Shown: in pieces, positions 42,751 through 54,362 of the stretch
How positions within the stretch are numbered: position 1 is the first letter of the stretch
How the letters are laid out: each line of letters starts with the position of its first letter
DNA from: an uncultured Prochlorococcus sp.
GTDB taxonomy: Bacteria; Cyanobacteriota; Cyanobacteriia; PCC-6307; Cyanobiaceae
Length of the DNA: 64,000 nt
Assembly: GCA_902560875.1 (NCBI GenBank)
Contig: CACENO010000004.1
Span: 22,451-86,450, forward strand
Direction of reading: 5' to 3'
The notes under the pieces: model-generated
Seen by the model: only the letters and a program-made list of their open reading frames with translations
The model's database searches: none
What the model was told of the DNA's origin: nothing
Made by a program: the position numbers and the translations under genes

Positions 42751-44454
42751 TTAGGCAGCCTTTTGATCCAACAATTTTGCTGCATACTGCCTTGCCTCTT
42801 CAAAATCACCACCAACCAGCTCAGCCAATTCCTTCTGGCGATCTTGAAAATCCGAAAGCTTTACAACACAAGATTGAGTGATTTCATTTTCTACAAACTT
42901 CACAACACGAAAATGATGGTCTGCGACGGCCGCAATTAAAGGCTGATGAGTTACACAAAAAACTTGTCTATGACTAGCTAAATCTTTTAAGACCTTTCCA
43001 ATAGCAGAACTAACTCTTCCACTTACACCAGAATCAATTTCATCAAACACTAAAGTGCTACTACCGTCTACTTCAGATAAAACAGTTTTTAAAGCCAACA
43101 AAAATCGCGACATTTCACCTCCAGAAGCAACTTCACCCAAAGGTGCCAATGGTTGCCCAGGGTTAGCAGAAAATAAAAATTGAACAGAATCTATCCCCTG
43201 CATAGTTGGAGTAGATTCATTTAATTGAACCTTGAAAGATACATTAAGCAATCCTAATGGGCGTAAAAAATCCAATAATTTCTTCTCAAGTTTCTGGGCT
43301 AAAGAATTACGTATTTTTCTTAAATTGAAATTAGCATGATCTCTTTCATTTCTCGCATGATTTTCTTTGTTCTCTAATTCATTCAATAAAGTAGAATAAT
43401 CATGCGTTGATTCTAACTCCCGCAAATCATCTCGATATTTTATAAGATCAGGCAAACCAAAACCATAATTACGTTGTAGTTTTTTTAACAATGCAAGCCT
43501 TCCTTGTATTTCATCTAAACGAAAAGATTCATTTTCTAATAAATCACTATATCTATCCAAGTCTATAACCAATTCCTCAATATTCTTAAGTATGTCAGAG
43601 GTTTTTTCTAAATAAATTAACAAAGAAGTATCCAACTTGCTCATTGATTGAAGTTCATGAAAACAAATACCTAGTTGATCAATAATTGATGGCATATCGT
43701 CAGTTCTTCCTTTAAAATAGGTAAACAAACTAATCAATCCTTCTTGTAATTTAACCCCATTTACTAATCGATCTTGTTCTATTTCAAGTTTCTGATCCTC
43801 GAAAGGATCATTTAAATCAGCAGTTTCTAAAGTTTCTAAAATTTCTTTTATCTCTTGTGACTTAGCTAACAAGTTCTTACTTTCAACTTTAGCTTTTTCT
43901 AAAAGCTGACAAGATTCAGTCCAAATGCGCCAATTATTTTTCACTTGTTCTAAAGCATCCTTCAAAGCAAGATCACCAAAACGATCCAACCAGAAAAGCT
44001 GATTCGAAGAAGAAATCAATTCATAAGTTTGACCTTGAACAGTAAAATCAATTAATAAAGGTTTTAAAATAGCTAATTGATGACGATTGATCAAAGTCCC
44101 ATTGATTCTGGATCTACTAATCAATCGATCCTTTTTAACCCGCCATTCTCGGCTAATTGTCAAATCTTCATCTTCAAGCTCAATTCCTTCTTTGCTAAAC
44201 CAAGCTTGAATCAAAGGGTTAGCTGAAAAAGTAGCCTCAATTTGAGCTGAACTTGAACCTACACGCAACAAACGAGTTGCCGAAACACCTTGATACCCAC
44301 CAAACACTGCATCTAATGCATCTAAAAGAATGGATTTACCTGCGCCTGTCTCTCCTGTTAAAACAGTCAATCCTCGCTCAAAACTGAGCTCCAGAGTCTC
44401 TAATAAGCCTATATTCTCAATTCGTAAGCCTCTTAACACAAGAAGAATTACCAA
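42751..44454 (-). CDS. recN: DNA repair protein RecN
   Basis: LTGETGAGKS, coiled coil, VASGGEMSR, FDEIDSG and CVTHQP motifs. Confidence 0.96.
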   Translation of the reverse strand: MVILLVLRGLRIENIGLLETLELSFERGLTVLTGETGAGKSILLDALDAVFGGYQGVSATRLLRVGSSSAQIEATFSANPLIQAWFSKEGIELEDEDLTISREWRVKKDRLISRSRINGTLINRHQLAILKPLLIDFTVQGQTYELISSSNQLFWLDRFGDLALKDALEQVKNNWRIWTESCQLLEKAKVESKNLLAKSQEIKEILETLETADLNDPFEDQKLEIEQDRLVNGVKLQEGLISLFTYFKGRTDDMPSIIDQLGICFHELQSMSKLDTSLLIYLEKTSDILKNIEELVIDLDRYSDLLENESFRLDEIQGRLALLKKLQRNYGFGLPDLIKYRDDLRELESTHDYSTLLNELENKENHARNERDHANFNLRKIRNSLAQKLEKKLLDFLRPLGLLNVSFKVQLNESTPTMQGIDSVQFLFSANPGQPLAPLGEVASGGEMSRFLLALKTVLSEVDGSSTLVFDEIDSGVSGRVSSAIGKVLKDLASHRQVFCVTHQPLIAAVADHHFRVVKFVENEITQSCVVKLSDFQDRQKELAELVGGDFEEARQYAAKLLDQKAA

Positions 44455-44511
44455 ACACCTCGACGCTAGCGGGACCTACCGTAGAAAAAAAGGGGCCCTA
44501 AATCGAAAGCC

Positions 44512-46371
44512 ATGATAAAAATGGCAGATGAGCTAAGTGATTTCATCGAGGCCTCAGGGTTACTCGAATATGATCCAAATGCAATTGCAAAAATTTATCA
44601 AGGACACCCAACGCGATTACTAAGGCGTCTGTGGCAAACCTTGATACCTATAGCGTTGTTTTTTATTACAATTGGAATAGATAAACTCACAGGTGTTTTA
44701 AAAGATCATAATCATTCAAAATTAAGAGCGAAACAATTTACAAACCTTTTAGTTGAGCTTGGTCCTGCATTTATAAAAGGCGGTCAAGCATTATCGACAA
44801 GACCTGACATTATTCCACCTCTTGTATTAGAAGAACTATCACAACTTCAAGACCAATTACCAGGTTTTGATTGCAAATTAGCATTAGCCTGCATTGAAGA
44901 AGATTTGAATATAGAAATAAAAGATGTTTTTCAATACTTAGAGGAAAAACCTATCTCTGCTGCATCACTTGGACAAGTGCATAAAGGAGTATTAATAAGT
45001 GGAGAAAAAGTTGCTGTTAAAGTTCAAAGACCAGGTTTACGTGAACAAATTACACTTGATTTATATATATTGAGAAATATTAGTTCATGGCTAAAGCAGA
45101 ACATAGGAATAATAAGAAGTGACTTGGTAGCACTGATAGATGAATTAGGAAAAAGAGTATTTGAAGAAATGGACTATTTAAATGAAGCGAATAATGCTAT
45201 CAAATTTAAAAATCTACATGCACACAATACAAAAATAGCAGTACCAAAGATTTTTAAAGATATAACAAGCAGAAGAGTACTTACAATGGAGTGGATTGAT
45301 GGTGTAAAACTAACCAATCTAGAGGCTGTTCAAAACCTAGGTATTGATCCAAATGAAATGGTTGAAATTGGAGTAAATTGTAGCCTTCAGCAATTATTAG
45401 AGCATGGTTTTTTCCATGCAGATCCACATCCAGGAAATCTACTAGCTCTACCAGATGGCCGCTTATGTTATTTAGATTTTGGAATGATGAGTGAAGTAAG
45501 TAGAAAATCTAGAACTGGTTTAATTAAAGCTGTGGTTCATTTAGTCAATAAAAAATTTAACAAACTTTCTAAAGACTTTGTAGAATTAGGATTTCTAGCT
45601 AGTGAAGTAAATCTTGAACCAATTGTACCTGCATTTGAAAAAATTTTTACAAATGCCTTAGAAGTTGGAGTTAATAAAATGGACTTTAAAAGTGTAACTG
45701 ATGATATGTCCGGCGTAATGTATAAATTTCCATTTAAAATACCACCATATTATGCATTAGTAATAAGATCTCTTATTACTCTTGAAGGTATTGCATTAAG
45801 TGTTGATCCTAATTTTAAAATTCTTGGAGCAGCTTATCCATATTTTGCAAAAAGACTAATGGAAGATCCAGATCCACAATTAAGAAAGAGTTTAAAAGAA
45901 ATGCTATTTGATGGAAAAATAATTGTTTGGTCAAGGTTAGATGATTTATTGCAAACTGCCAAAAGCAATACTGAATTAAATTTGGAAGGATTAACAGATC
46001 AAATCATAGAGTTCTTGTATTCCAAGAATGGAAAATATTTGCGAGAAGAAATTGCAGAAAATATCGCAGAAAGAATAGATCAATATGCATGGAATATAAT
46101 AAAAAGAATCAAGCATAAACTACCTAGACCATCAAAAAACAAACAAATAATCAAAAGCAAAAAGTTTGCAATACAGAATTCAAAAGAAATACAACCTATT
46201 AATCTATTGATCAAAACATTTCCGGGCTTTAAAGTTCAGATCATTTTAAAAAGATTGCCAAAAATCCTTATAAAGCATGAAAATATTTTAATTGGAAGAA
46301 ATATTGCATTAAAAATAACTGAAAAAGGTATCATTAGAGTCATCAAGTATGCAGTCGAGATTAAAGAATAA
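44512..46371 (+). CDS. ABC1/AarF/UbiB atypical kinase
   Basis: LGPAFIKGGQ, AASLGQVH, VAVKVQRP, HADPHPGN and DFGMM motifs. Confidence 0.93.
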   Translation: MIKMADELSDFIEASGLLEYDPNAIAKIYQGHPTRLLRRLWQTLIPIALFFITIGIDKLTGVLKDHNHSKLRAKQFTNLLVELGPAFIKGGQALSTRPDIIPPLVLEELSQLQDQLPGFDCKLALACIEEDLNIEIKDVFQYLEEKPISAASLGQVHKGVLISGEKVAVKVQRPGLREQITLDLYILRNISSWLKQNIGIIRSDLVALIDELGKRVFEEMDYLNEANNAIKFKNLHAHNTKIAVPKIFKDITSRRVLTMEWIDGVKLTNLEAVQNLGIDPNEMVEIGVNCSLQQLLEHGFFHADPHPGNLLALPDGRLCYLDFGMMSEVSRKSRTGLIKAVVHLVNKKFNKLSKDFVELGFLASEVNLEPIVPAFEKIFTNALEVGVNKMDFKSVTDDMSGVMYKFPFKIPPYYALVIRSLITLEGIALSVDPNFKILGAAYPYFAKRLMEDPDPQLRKSLKEMLFDGKIIVWSRLDDLLQTAKSNTELNLEGLTDQIIEFLYSKNGKYLREEIAENIAERIDQYAWNIIKRIKHKLPRPSKNKQIIKSKKFAIQNSKEIQPINLLIKTFPGFKVQIILKRLPKILIKHENILIGRNIALKITEKGIIRVIKYAVEIKE

Positions 46372-46372
46372 A

Positions 46373-46948
46373 ATGAATCATATAAATTTAAACAAAAGGG
46401 CATTACTTATAACTATATTTATTCAGGTATTTTTAATAATACCGCCAATAAAAGCCGCTGAAAAAATTACATTTGTTAATGGTATTTTTAATCGAACAAT
46501 ATCATTAAGCCTACTTGAACAGCTAGCCGAAACAGGAAAAGCTGAAGGTTCTCTAAAAAATTTAATAAGGCTAAGCAATCAATCGCCTGAAAAAATTTCA
46601 ATATTATTAAATCAAGAAATTGAGCTTCCGTTAGTTGTGACAAGCAAATTAATGAATAGCACAATTGGAGAAGTAATAATTCTAAGAATTGCTAAAATAA
46701 TTTATCCATTTAAAAGAAATGATAAATCTATTAGTGTGCCTGCAATTCGCTCAGCTGTAATTGATGGAATTTATAAAAACGATGGGAAATTAAATATGAT
46801 TAGATTTTTGAAATCTTACCCAAATAAAATTATGGCAATTAATATACCAGCACTTTTAAAGGTTATCAATAAGGCAGAAACTATGTCAGAATTAATAGAG
46901 TTCTTTTCTAGTTCACCATTAGACAAAATCAAAGAAGGACAAAATTAG
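46373..46948 (+). CDS. DUF1400-type (alpha/beta-hydrolase-associated) exported protein
   Basis: Signal-like N-terminus followed by AAEKI...LEQLAETG and FLKSYP. Confidence 0.7.
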   Translation: MNHINLNKRALLITIFIQVFLIIPPIKAAEKITFVNGIFNRTISLSLLEQLAETGKAEGSLKNLIRLSNQSPEKISILLNQEIELPLVVTSKLMNSTIGEVIILRIAKIIYPFKRNDKSISVPAIRSAVIDGIYKNDGKLNMIRFLKSYPNKIMAINIPALLKVINKAETMSELIEFFSSSPLDKIKEGQN

Positions 46949-47005
46949 ATCTTCAAGCTTCTGTAATAAGCAATTGAAGTTCAAACAACTATAAACAACA
47001 AAAGC

Positions 47006-48082
47006 ATGAGCTCAAAAAAATTCTCAGCCAATTGGCCTGGCCTTATAGAAGCCTATAAAGATTGGCTTCCAGTAACAAGCAAAACACCTGTGATTACTTT
47101 ACAGGAAGGAGCTACACCTTTAATCCCATTAAAAAGTATAGAAGAAATTATCGGAAGGAATGTAAAAGTTTATGCAAAATATGATGGTTTAAACCCAACT
47201 GGTTCCTTTAAAGATAGAGGAATGACAATGGCCATTAGTAAAGCCAAAGAAAATGAATGCAAAGCTGTTATCTGTGCAAGTACTGGGAATACATCTGCAT
47301 CTGCTGCTGCATATGCACGCAGAGCAAATATGAGAGCATTTGTTTTAATACCAGATGGCTATGTTGCTCAAGGAAAACTTGCACAAGCATTAGTTTATGG
47401 TGCAGAAGTATTAGCAATAAAAGGAAATTTTGATCGTGCTTTAGATATCGTTCAAGAAATTGCAGCAAATTATCCTGTTACACTAGTAAATTCGGTCAAT
47501 CCATATAGATTGCAAGGACAGAAAACAGCTGCATTTGAAATAATTGAAACCCTTGGAGAAGCACCCGATTGGTTATGTATACCTATGGGTAATGCAGGAA
47601 ACATCAGTGCTTATTGGATGGGTTTTGTAGAATATTATAAAGCAAATAAATCTACTATATTACCTAAAATGATGGGTTTTCAAGCTAGTGGTTCTGCACC
47701 TTTAGTACTTGAAAAAAGAGTTAATAACCCTGAAACAATTGCGACTGCAATCAGAATAGGCAATCCAGTTAATAAAGAGAAGGCTTTCAATGTTAAAAAA
47801 GAAAGTAAAGGAAAATTTTTGGATGTTAGTGATAAAGAAATAATAAAATCTTATAATTTATTAGGAAAAAATGAAGGAATATTTTGTGAACCAGCAAGTG
47901 CTGCCTCGATTGCAGGCTTATTAAAATGTAAAAAAGAAATTCCTAATGCAGCTACAGTCGTTTGCGTATTAACAGGAAATGGTTTAAAAGACCCAGATTG
48001 TGCAATTAAAAATAATGAAGCATCATTCTTTTCAGATTTAGAACCTGATCTAGAGAGTATTGTTAAAAAAATGGAACTTTAA
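47006..48082 (+). CDS. thrC: Threonine synthase
   Basis: [13 protein letters not shown] lysine, [15 protein letters not shown] and LTGNGLKD motifs. Confidence 0.97.
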   Translation: MSSKKFSANWPGLIEAYKDWLPVTSKTPVITLQEGATPLIPLKSIEEIIGRNVKVYAKYDGLNPTGSFKDRGMTMAISKAKENECKAVICASTGNTSASAAAYARRANMRAFVLIPDGYVAQGKLAQALVYGAEVLAIKGNFDRALDIVQEIAANYPVTLVNSVNPYRLQGQKTAAFEIIETLGEAPDWLCIPMGNAGNISAYWMGFVEYYKANKSTILPKMMGFQASGSAPLVLEKRVNNPETIATAIRIGNPVNKEKAFNVKKESKGKFLDVSDKEIIKSYNLLGKNEGIFCEPASAASIAGLLKCKKEIPNAATVVCVLTGNGLKDPDCAIKNNEASFFSDLEPDLESIVKKMEL

Positions 48083-48469
48083 TTAAAGTAAAAAAAATTC
48101 ATAGTCAAAAATTTTTCTGGCTGCGGAAAACTTATAAAAACCTTTGTTTTTATTTGGGGAAAAACAAGTGATCTCTAATATTTTGATCTAGGAGTTTTCC
48201 ACAGCTCATCAAAATAGTGGAAATCAAATATTTATTCCACTTAATTAAAAAAGGATTCCACAGAGAACCCAAAAATAAAAATCAGTGAAAATAAGGAGAA
48301 ATTAGGTTTTCCACTGTTTCCTCAAGGCCTACTACTACTAGATTTTTTCTTTAAGTATTTAAAATATAGAAGAAGAGTAAAAGATCGGATAACCTAAAAA
48401 ACATGTTTTCAAGACTCTCTCTTGAAGCCTAAGATGACGTTTTCAAGCATTTGCCGGTAAATTGATGCA
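48083..48469. other. Chromosomal replication origin oriC
   Basis: thrC-dnaN gap with cyanobacterial-type DnaA boxes: TTTTCCACA at 48195-48203 and variants at 48122, 48155, 48216, 48233, 48254, 48307 and 48316. Also a (CTA)4 run, an AT-rich tract, and a switch in strand composition. Confidence 0.85.
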
Positions 48470-49636
48470 ATGAAGCTTCTCTGTTCTCAAAGTGAACTCA
48501 ATACTGCGTTACAGCTTGTAAGTAGAGCTGTTGCGTCTAGACCTACCCATCCAGTTCTTGCAAACGTGTTGTTAACGGCAGATGAAGGGACAGGAAGAAT
48601 AAGTCTTACTGGTTTTGATTTGAATTTAGGAATACAAACTTCTTTTTCAGCTTCCGTAGAAAAAAGTGGTGCTATTACCTTACCTGCAAGGTTGTTTGGA
48701 GAAATCGTATCTAAATTGGCTGTTGATACTCCTATCTCTTTAGTTTTTGATCAATCTACTGAACAAATTGAATTAATTAGTAAGAGTGGAAGTTATCAAA
48801 TGAAAGGTATGTCTGCCGATGAATTTCCTGAATTACCCTTAGTGGAAAGTGGTACAACCTTTAAAGTTAAGGCTAATGCACTTGTTCAAGCTTTAAGAGG
48901 TACTTTATTTGCAAGTAGTTCTGATGATGCGAAACAACTATTAACTGGTGTTCATTTATCATTTGAAGGAAATGATTTGAAAGGTGCTGCAACTGATGGA
49001 CACCGACTAGCTGTTTTAAATGTAGAAAAAGCTTTGGAAAGTGAAATAAAGCTAGAAGATCCTATCTCTTCTGTGAATTCATTTTCTGTTACTCTTCCAG
49101 CTAGATCTCTTAGAGAGGTTGAAAGATTAGTTTCTTCTTGGAAAAGCGATGATCTTGTTAGTTTATTTTGTGATAGAGGACAAGTTGTTTTTCTAGCTGA
49201 AGATCAAGTTATAACAAGCAGAACTCTTGAAGGTGTTTATCCTAATTATAATCAATTAATTCCTGAATCTTTTTCAAAATCTATATATATTGAACGTAAA
49301 ATTTTTATTTCAGCACTTGAAAGAATTGCTGTTTTAGCTGATCAGCATAATAATGTTGTTAAAATATCTATTAATGATAATTCACAAGAATTAAATATTA
49401 CAGCTGATGCACAAGATGTAGGTAGTGGTTCAGAATCGATACAAGTTGAATTTGAAGGAGAATCTATCCAAATAGCTTTTAATGTTCGATACATACTTGA
49501 AGGATTAAAAGCAATAGAATCAAATAAAATAAAATTATGTTGTAATGCCTCTACAACACCTGCTGTTTTTTTACCCATAGATAATAATGGATTTACATAT
49601 TTAGTAATGCCAGTACAAATTCGTTCGGAAAATTGA
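48470..49636 (+). CDS. dnaN: DNA polymerase III beta clamp
   Basis: RPTHPVLANV, ATDGHRL, YPNYNQLIP, FNVRY and YLVMPVQIR motifs. Confidence 0.98.
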   Translation: MKLLCSQSELNTALQLVSRAVASRPTHPVLANVLLTADEGTGRISLTGFDLNLGIQTSFSASVEKSGAITLPARLFGEIVSKLAVDTPISLVFDQSTEQIELISKSGSYQMKGMSADEFPELPLVESGTTFKVKANALVQALRGTLFASSSDDAKQLLTGVHLSFEGNDLKGAATDGHRLAVLNVEKALESEIKLEDPISSVNSFSVTLPARSLREVERLVSSWKSDDLVSLFCDRGQVVFLAEDQVITSRTLEGVYPNYNQLIPESFSKSIYIERKIFISALERIAVLADQHNNVVKISINDNSQELNITADAQDVGSGSESIQVEFEGESIQIAFNVRYILEGLKAIESNKIKLCCNASTTPAVFLPIDNNGFTYLVMPVQIRSEN

Positions 49637-50427
49637 CACTTCCTAAGCAATATTTATTAAGTGATCTTTTAAGGCACAATGTTATATGTGCTGATGGAAT
49701 TGATCATGGAATTGGCATTATGGCTTGGATGCATCCACCTGTACATCGTTTATTAGGGTGGGTAAGCAAACCATCTAATTTAAAACTTTCTAGAGATGTT
49801 TGGAGATTAGATCAATTAAGAGGGATTGGAGATCATCATTTATATGTAAAAGGGATAGGATCTTCTTCAGATCAAGCAACTTTAGATCGCTTACCAACAT
49901 TATTAAACTCTGATGTTCTTAATATAAATGGTCAAAAAATTGGTTCAGTTGTTGATTTTATATTTGAAGTAACTAGTGGTAAAATTCTTCAATACTTTAT
50001 CTCTAGAAGTAATCCTAAAATTCCAGGTACTAGTCGATGGCGTTTATATTTAGATCATATTCTTGATCAACAACCTGGGATGATTTCTGTAGATGTAAAG
50101 ACCTTGAATGATTTACCATTAGCTCGTGCAAGTTTAAGACAAGACTTTTTACGAAGATCTAGAACTTTTAGAGACCAACTTCAAGATTTTAGTGATCAAG
50201 CAAGTAATCGTTTAGAAGGATGGTTAGATGAACCTCCTTGGGAAGAACCTATGAATGAAAATACTAGATCACCACAAAAATTCGATATTGATCCTTTAGA
50301 AAATTGGCCTGATGAATTAGAAAATAAAGAAATGAATGATAATTTAGACTCAAGTGAGAATATAAGATATTCTCAAAATAGTAAATCTACAAAAACTGCA
50401 GGCAATGAAGAAGATCCATGGATTTAA
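49633..50427 (+). CDS. PRC-barrel-like protein
   Basis: [24 protein letters not shown] and an acidic EEDPWI end; usual position between dnaN and purL. Confidence 0.8.
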   Translation: MTLPKQYLLSDLLRHNVICADGIDHGIGIMAWMHPPVHRLLGWVSKPSNLKLSRDVWRLDQLRGIGDHHLYVKGIGSSSDQATLDRLPTLLNSDVLNINGQKIGSVVDFIFEVTSGKILQYFISRSNPKIPGTSRWRLYLDHILDQQPGMISVDVKTLNDLPLARASLRQDFLRRSRTFRDQLQDFSDQASNRLEGWLDEPPWEEPMNENTRSPQKFDIDPLENWPDELENKEMNDNLDSSENIRYSQNSKSTKTAGNEEDPWI

Positions 50428-50429
50428 AT

Positions 50430-52844
50430 ATGATTAATGAGAATTCTCAAAAATTATTGAAAGATTATCAATCTTTAGTAGATTATGATATTAATGTAGC
50501 TCTTACTCAAGAAGGTCTTAAAATTGTTGATTATATAGAAATTTGTCGGCGTTTAAATCGTCCTCCTAATAGAACTGAATTGGGAATGTTTGGTGTTATG
50601 TGGTCAGAGCATTGTTGTTATAGAAATTCAATACCACTTCTCAAAAAATTTCCTACAAAAGGACCTAGAATCTTAGTAGGTCCAGGAGAGAATGCTGGTG
50701 TTGTAGATATTGGAGATGGTGAAAGATTAGTTTTTAAAATAGAGAGTCATAATCACCCTTCCGCAATTGAACCTTTTCAGGGAGCAGCTACTGGTGTTGG
50801 TGGAATTTTAAGAGATATTTTTACAATGGGTGCGAGGCCAATTGCTTTGTTAAATGCATTAAGGTTTGGTCCGATTGAAGAAGAAAATAATATTTCTTTA
50901 ATGGAAGGAGTTGTTTCAGGGATTGCTCATTATGGTAATTGTGTTGGAGTTCCTACTGTTGGAGGGGAAGTTTCATTTAATAAGAGTTATTCAGGAAATC
51001 CTTTAGTTAATGCAATGGCTTTAGGGTTAATGGAAACAAAGGAAATAGTTTGTTCTGGTGCAGAAGGTGTAGATAACCCTGTTATTTATGTAGGTAGTAC
51101 GACTGGAAGAGATGGGATGGGCGGAGCTAGTTTTGCTAGTTCTCAATTAAGTAATTCTTCTATAGATAATAGACCTGCTGTTCAAGTAGGAGATCCTTTT
51201 TTGGAAAAAGGATTAATAGAAGCATGTTTAGAAGTTTTTAAAAGTGGTTTAGTGGTTGCTGCTCAAGATATGGGTGCTGCTGGTTTAACTTGTAGCTCAT
51301 CTGAAATGGCAGCAAAAGGCAAATTAGGTATTGAAATAGATTTAGATTTAGTGCCTGCAAGAGAAGAAGGTATGACTGCTTATGAATTTTTACTTTCCGA
51401 ATCGCAAGAAAGAATGCTTTTAGTTGTTAAACCAAATAAGCAACAGGAAGTGATGGATAAATTTATGAAATGGGGATTAAAAGCTTCTGTTGTTGGAAAA
51501 GTTTTAAAAAAGAATATTGTTCGAATAATTCATAAAGGTTTAGTTGTAGCAGAATTACCAGCGAGTGCTTTAGCAGAAGAAACTCCTATTGAGTCACATT
51601 CATTAATTGAAGAACCACCTTTACATATTCAAGAACTTTGGAAATGGAGAGAAGATAAATTACCAAAAGCTAATCAAGATGGAATTGATGTTCTTATAGA
51701 TATAGATCAATTTCAATTCTTTTCATGGAACAATGTGCTTTTAAAACTATTAGATGATCCTACAATTGCATCAAAACGTTGGATATATCAACAGTATGAT
51801 TATCAAGTTCAAGGCAACACTGTTTTGTGTCCTGGTGATGCTGATGCGGCTGTAATAAGACTACGATCTCAAGAGGAATACACTTCTGAAATTTCTTCGA
51901 ATAGGGGCATTGCAGTAGTTGTTGATTGTCCAAATCGTTGGGTTTATTTAGATCCTGAACGTGGAACTATGGCAGCTGTAGCAGAAGCTGCTCGAAATGT
52001 TAGTTGTGTTGGTGCAGAACCATTGGCAGTAACAAATAATTTAAATTTTTCATCCCCTGAAAGTCCAATTGGCTATTGGCAATTAGCTTTAGCTTGTCAG
52101 GGATTATCTAAAGCATGTATAGCTTTTGATACACCTATTACTGGTGGAAATGTATCTCTATATAATGAGACTCGTTTAAAAGATGGTAGCATTTTACCAA
52201 TTCATCCAACACCTGTGGTTGGTTTAGTAGGTATAATTGAGGATTTATCAAAAGTTAAAAATCTTGGTTGGGTTGCACCAGGTGATTTGATTTTTTTATT
52301 AGGTGTACCTATTGAAACTTGTGATTTAGGTGATGAACGAGTTTCGTTAGCTGGAAGTAGTTATTTAGAAGTTATCCATGGTTCTTTAACTGGAAGACCA
52401 CCCGAAATTGATTTAAAATTAGAGAAAGGTGTTCAATTATTATTGAAAGCAGCATTTTCTATTGATTGTATACAATCTGCTCATGACATATCTGATGGCG
52501 GAATTGCTATTGCGATGGCAGAATCCTGTATTTCTTCTGGTTTAGGTGCTCATTTTCAGCTTCCTAATAGTAATCTCCGTTTAGATCGATTGCTTTTTGC
52601 AGAAGGAGGTGCTCGGGTTTTGATCAGTCTGAAACCAGAACAAGAGAAAATATTAAAAAATTTACTCAGTGAGCTTAATCATCAATATGATGAATCAGTA
52701 TGTGCTACAAAAATTGGAACAGTTACATCAAATAATGAATTATTAATTACTCAAATGGAAAAAAATATTGTAGAATTGTCAATATCAGATTTAAAACAAA
52801 CCTTTGAGGATTCTATTCCTCAAAGAATTCAAAAACATCTTTAG
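50430..52844 (+). CDS. purL: Phosphoribosylformylglycinamidine synthase subunit PurL
   Basis: [30 protein letters not shown] and GGNVSLYN motifs. Confidence 0.98.
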   Translation: MINENSQKLLKDYQSLVDYDINVALTQEGLKIVDYIEICRRLNRPPNRTELGMFGVMWSEHCCYRNSIPLLKKFPTKGPRILVGPGENAGVVDIGDGERLVFKIESHNHPSAIEPFQGAATGVGGILRDIFTMGARPIALLNALRFGPIEEENNISLMEGVVSGIAHYGNCVGVPTVGGEVSFNKSYSGNPLVNAMALGLMETKEIVCSGAEGVDNPVIYVGSTTGRDGMGGASFASSQLSNSSIDNRPAVQVGDPFLEKGLIEACLEVFKSGLVVAAQDMGAAGLTCSSSEMAAKGKLGIEIDLDLVPAREEGMTAYEFLLSESQERMLLVVKPNKQQEVMDKFMKWGLKASVVGKVLKKNIVRIIHKGLVVAELPASALAEETPIESHSLIEEPPLHIQELWKWREDKLPKANQDGIDVLIDIDQFQFFSWNNVLLKLLDDPTIASKRWIYQQYDYQVQGNTVLCPGDADAAVIRLRSQEEYTSEISSNRGIAVVVDCPNRWVYLDPERGTMAAVAEAARNVSCVGAEPLAVTNNLNFSSPESPIGYWQLALACQGLSKACIAFDTPITGGNVSLYNETRLKDGSILPIHPTPVVGLVGIIEDLSKVKNLGWVAPGDLIFLLGVPIETCDLGDERVSLAGSSYLEVIHGSLTGRPPEIDLKLEKGVQLLLKAAFSIDCIQSAHDISDGGIAIAMAESCISSGLGAHFQLPNSNLRLDRLLFAEGGARVLISLKPEQEKILKNLLSELNHQYDESVCATKIGTVTSNNELLITQMEKNIVELSISDLKQTFEDSIPQRIQKHL

Positions 52845-52901
52845 TATGATATGTCTTTTATTACAAACTCGCTGAACATATAATTTAGGAGTTTATGTAT
52901 T

Positions 52902-54359
52902 ATGTGTGGCATTGTCGGAATTTTATCTTCAGATCAAATAAATCAACAAATTTATGACAGTCTTTTATTGCTTCAACATAGAGGTCAAGATTCTACTGGA
53001 ATAGCGACTATGGATGGAAGTGTTTTTCATATGCATAAGGCAAAAGGACAGGTTCGATAAGCTTCTCGAACCAGGAATATGAGATCTTTAAAAGGAAATA
53101 TAGGTCTTGGACATGTTAGGTATGCAACTAAAGGAAATGCCAATAGAGAAGAAGAGGCACAACCTTTTTATGTCAATGCACCTTATGGAATTATTCTTGT
53201 ACATAATGGAAATCTTACAAATACAAGAGAGTTAGAAAAAGATCTTTTTAACAAAGACAGGCGTCATACAAACTCAACAAGTGATACAGAAATGTTGTTA
53301 AATGTATTAGCAACTGAATTAAATTCAAATATATCCAATAGAGATTTGTTGCCTGAGTATATTTTTAATGCAATTTCTTCTGTTCATGAAAGGGTCGATG
53401 GATCATATGCTGCTATTGCTTTAATTGCTGGTCATGGAATAATCGCTTTTCGTGATCCTTATGGGATTCGACCACTAGTAATTGGTAGAAGAATAACGAA
53501 AACAAATGCTCAAGAGTGGATAGTTGCTAGTGAGTCTTTAGTTATAGAAAATAATGATTATGAAATTGTTCGAGATGTTGAACCTGGTGAAGCGATCTTT
53601 ATAACAATTGATGGTGAAATTTTTTCTAAACAGTGTTCTAAAGATCCCCAATTGTTTCCTTGTTCATTTGAATATGTATATTTAGCACGTCCAGATTCTG
53701 TTATGAATGGAATTTCTGTGTATGAAGCAAGGTTGCGTATGGGGGACTTATTAGCTGAAACAATTAAAAAAGAAATATCACTAGGAGACGTAGATGTTGT
53801 TATGCCTATACCTGATTCTTCTAGACCAGCTGCGATGCAAGTGGCAAGGCAATTAGGTATTGAGTACAGAGAGGGTTTCTTTAAAAATAGATATGTTGGT
53901 AGAACATTTATTATGCCTGGTCAATTACAAAGAAAGAAATCTGTTCGACAAAAACTTAATGCTATGGGCACTGAATTTAAAAATAAAAATATATTAATAG
54001 TAGATGATTCGGTTGTTAGAGGTACAACATCACAACAAATAGTGCAGATGGCTAAATTTGCCGGTGCTAATAAAGTGATATTTACTTCTGCAGCACCGCC
54101 AGTTAGATTTCCCCATGTATATGGAATTAATATGCCAAGTAGAAAGGAGTTAATAGCGCATAATCGGACCATAGGGCAAATTGAAGATATTTTGTCGATA
54201 GATAAAATGATTTATCAAAATGTCCCAGATTTGAAAACAGCTATTCTGGAAAATTCATCAATATCTAATTTGGATTTATCTTGCTTTACTGGAGAATATG
54301 TCACAGGAACAGTCACACCAGAATATTTAGAATGGGTTGAAAATGAATATTTATCTTAA
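52902..54359 (+). CDS. purF: Amidophosphoribosyltransferase, interrupted by an in-frame TAA at 53058-53060 (sequence error or pseudogene)
   Basis: MCGIVG...LQHRGQD from 52902 is in frame with the 53079 ORF, which contains GHVRYAT, HNGNL and VDDSVVRGTT. Confidence 0.9.
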
Positions 54360-54362
54360 AAA

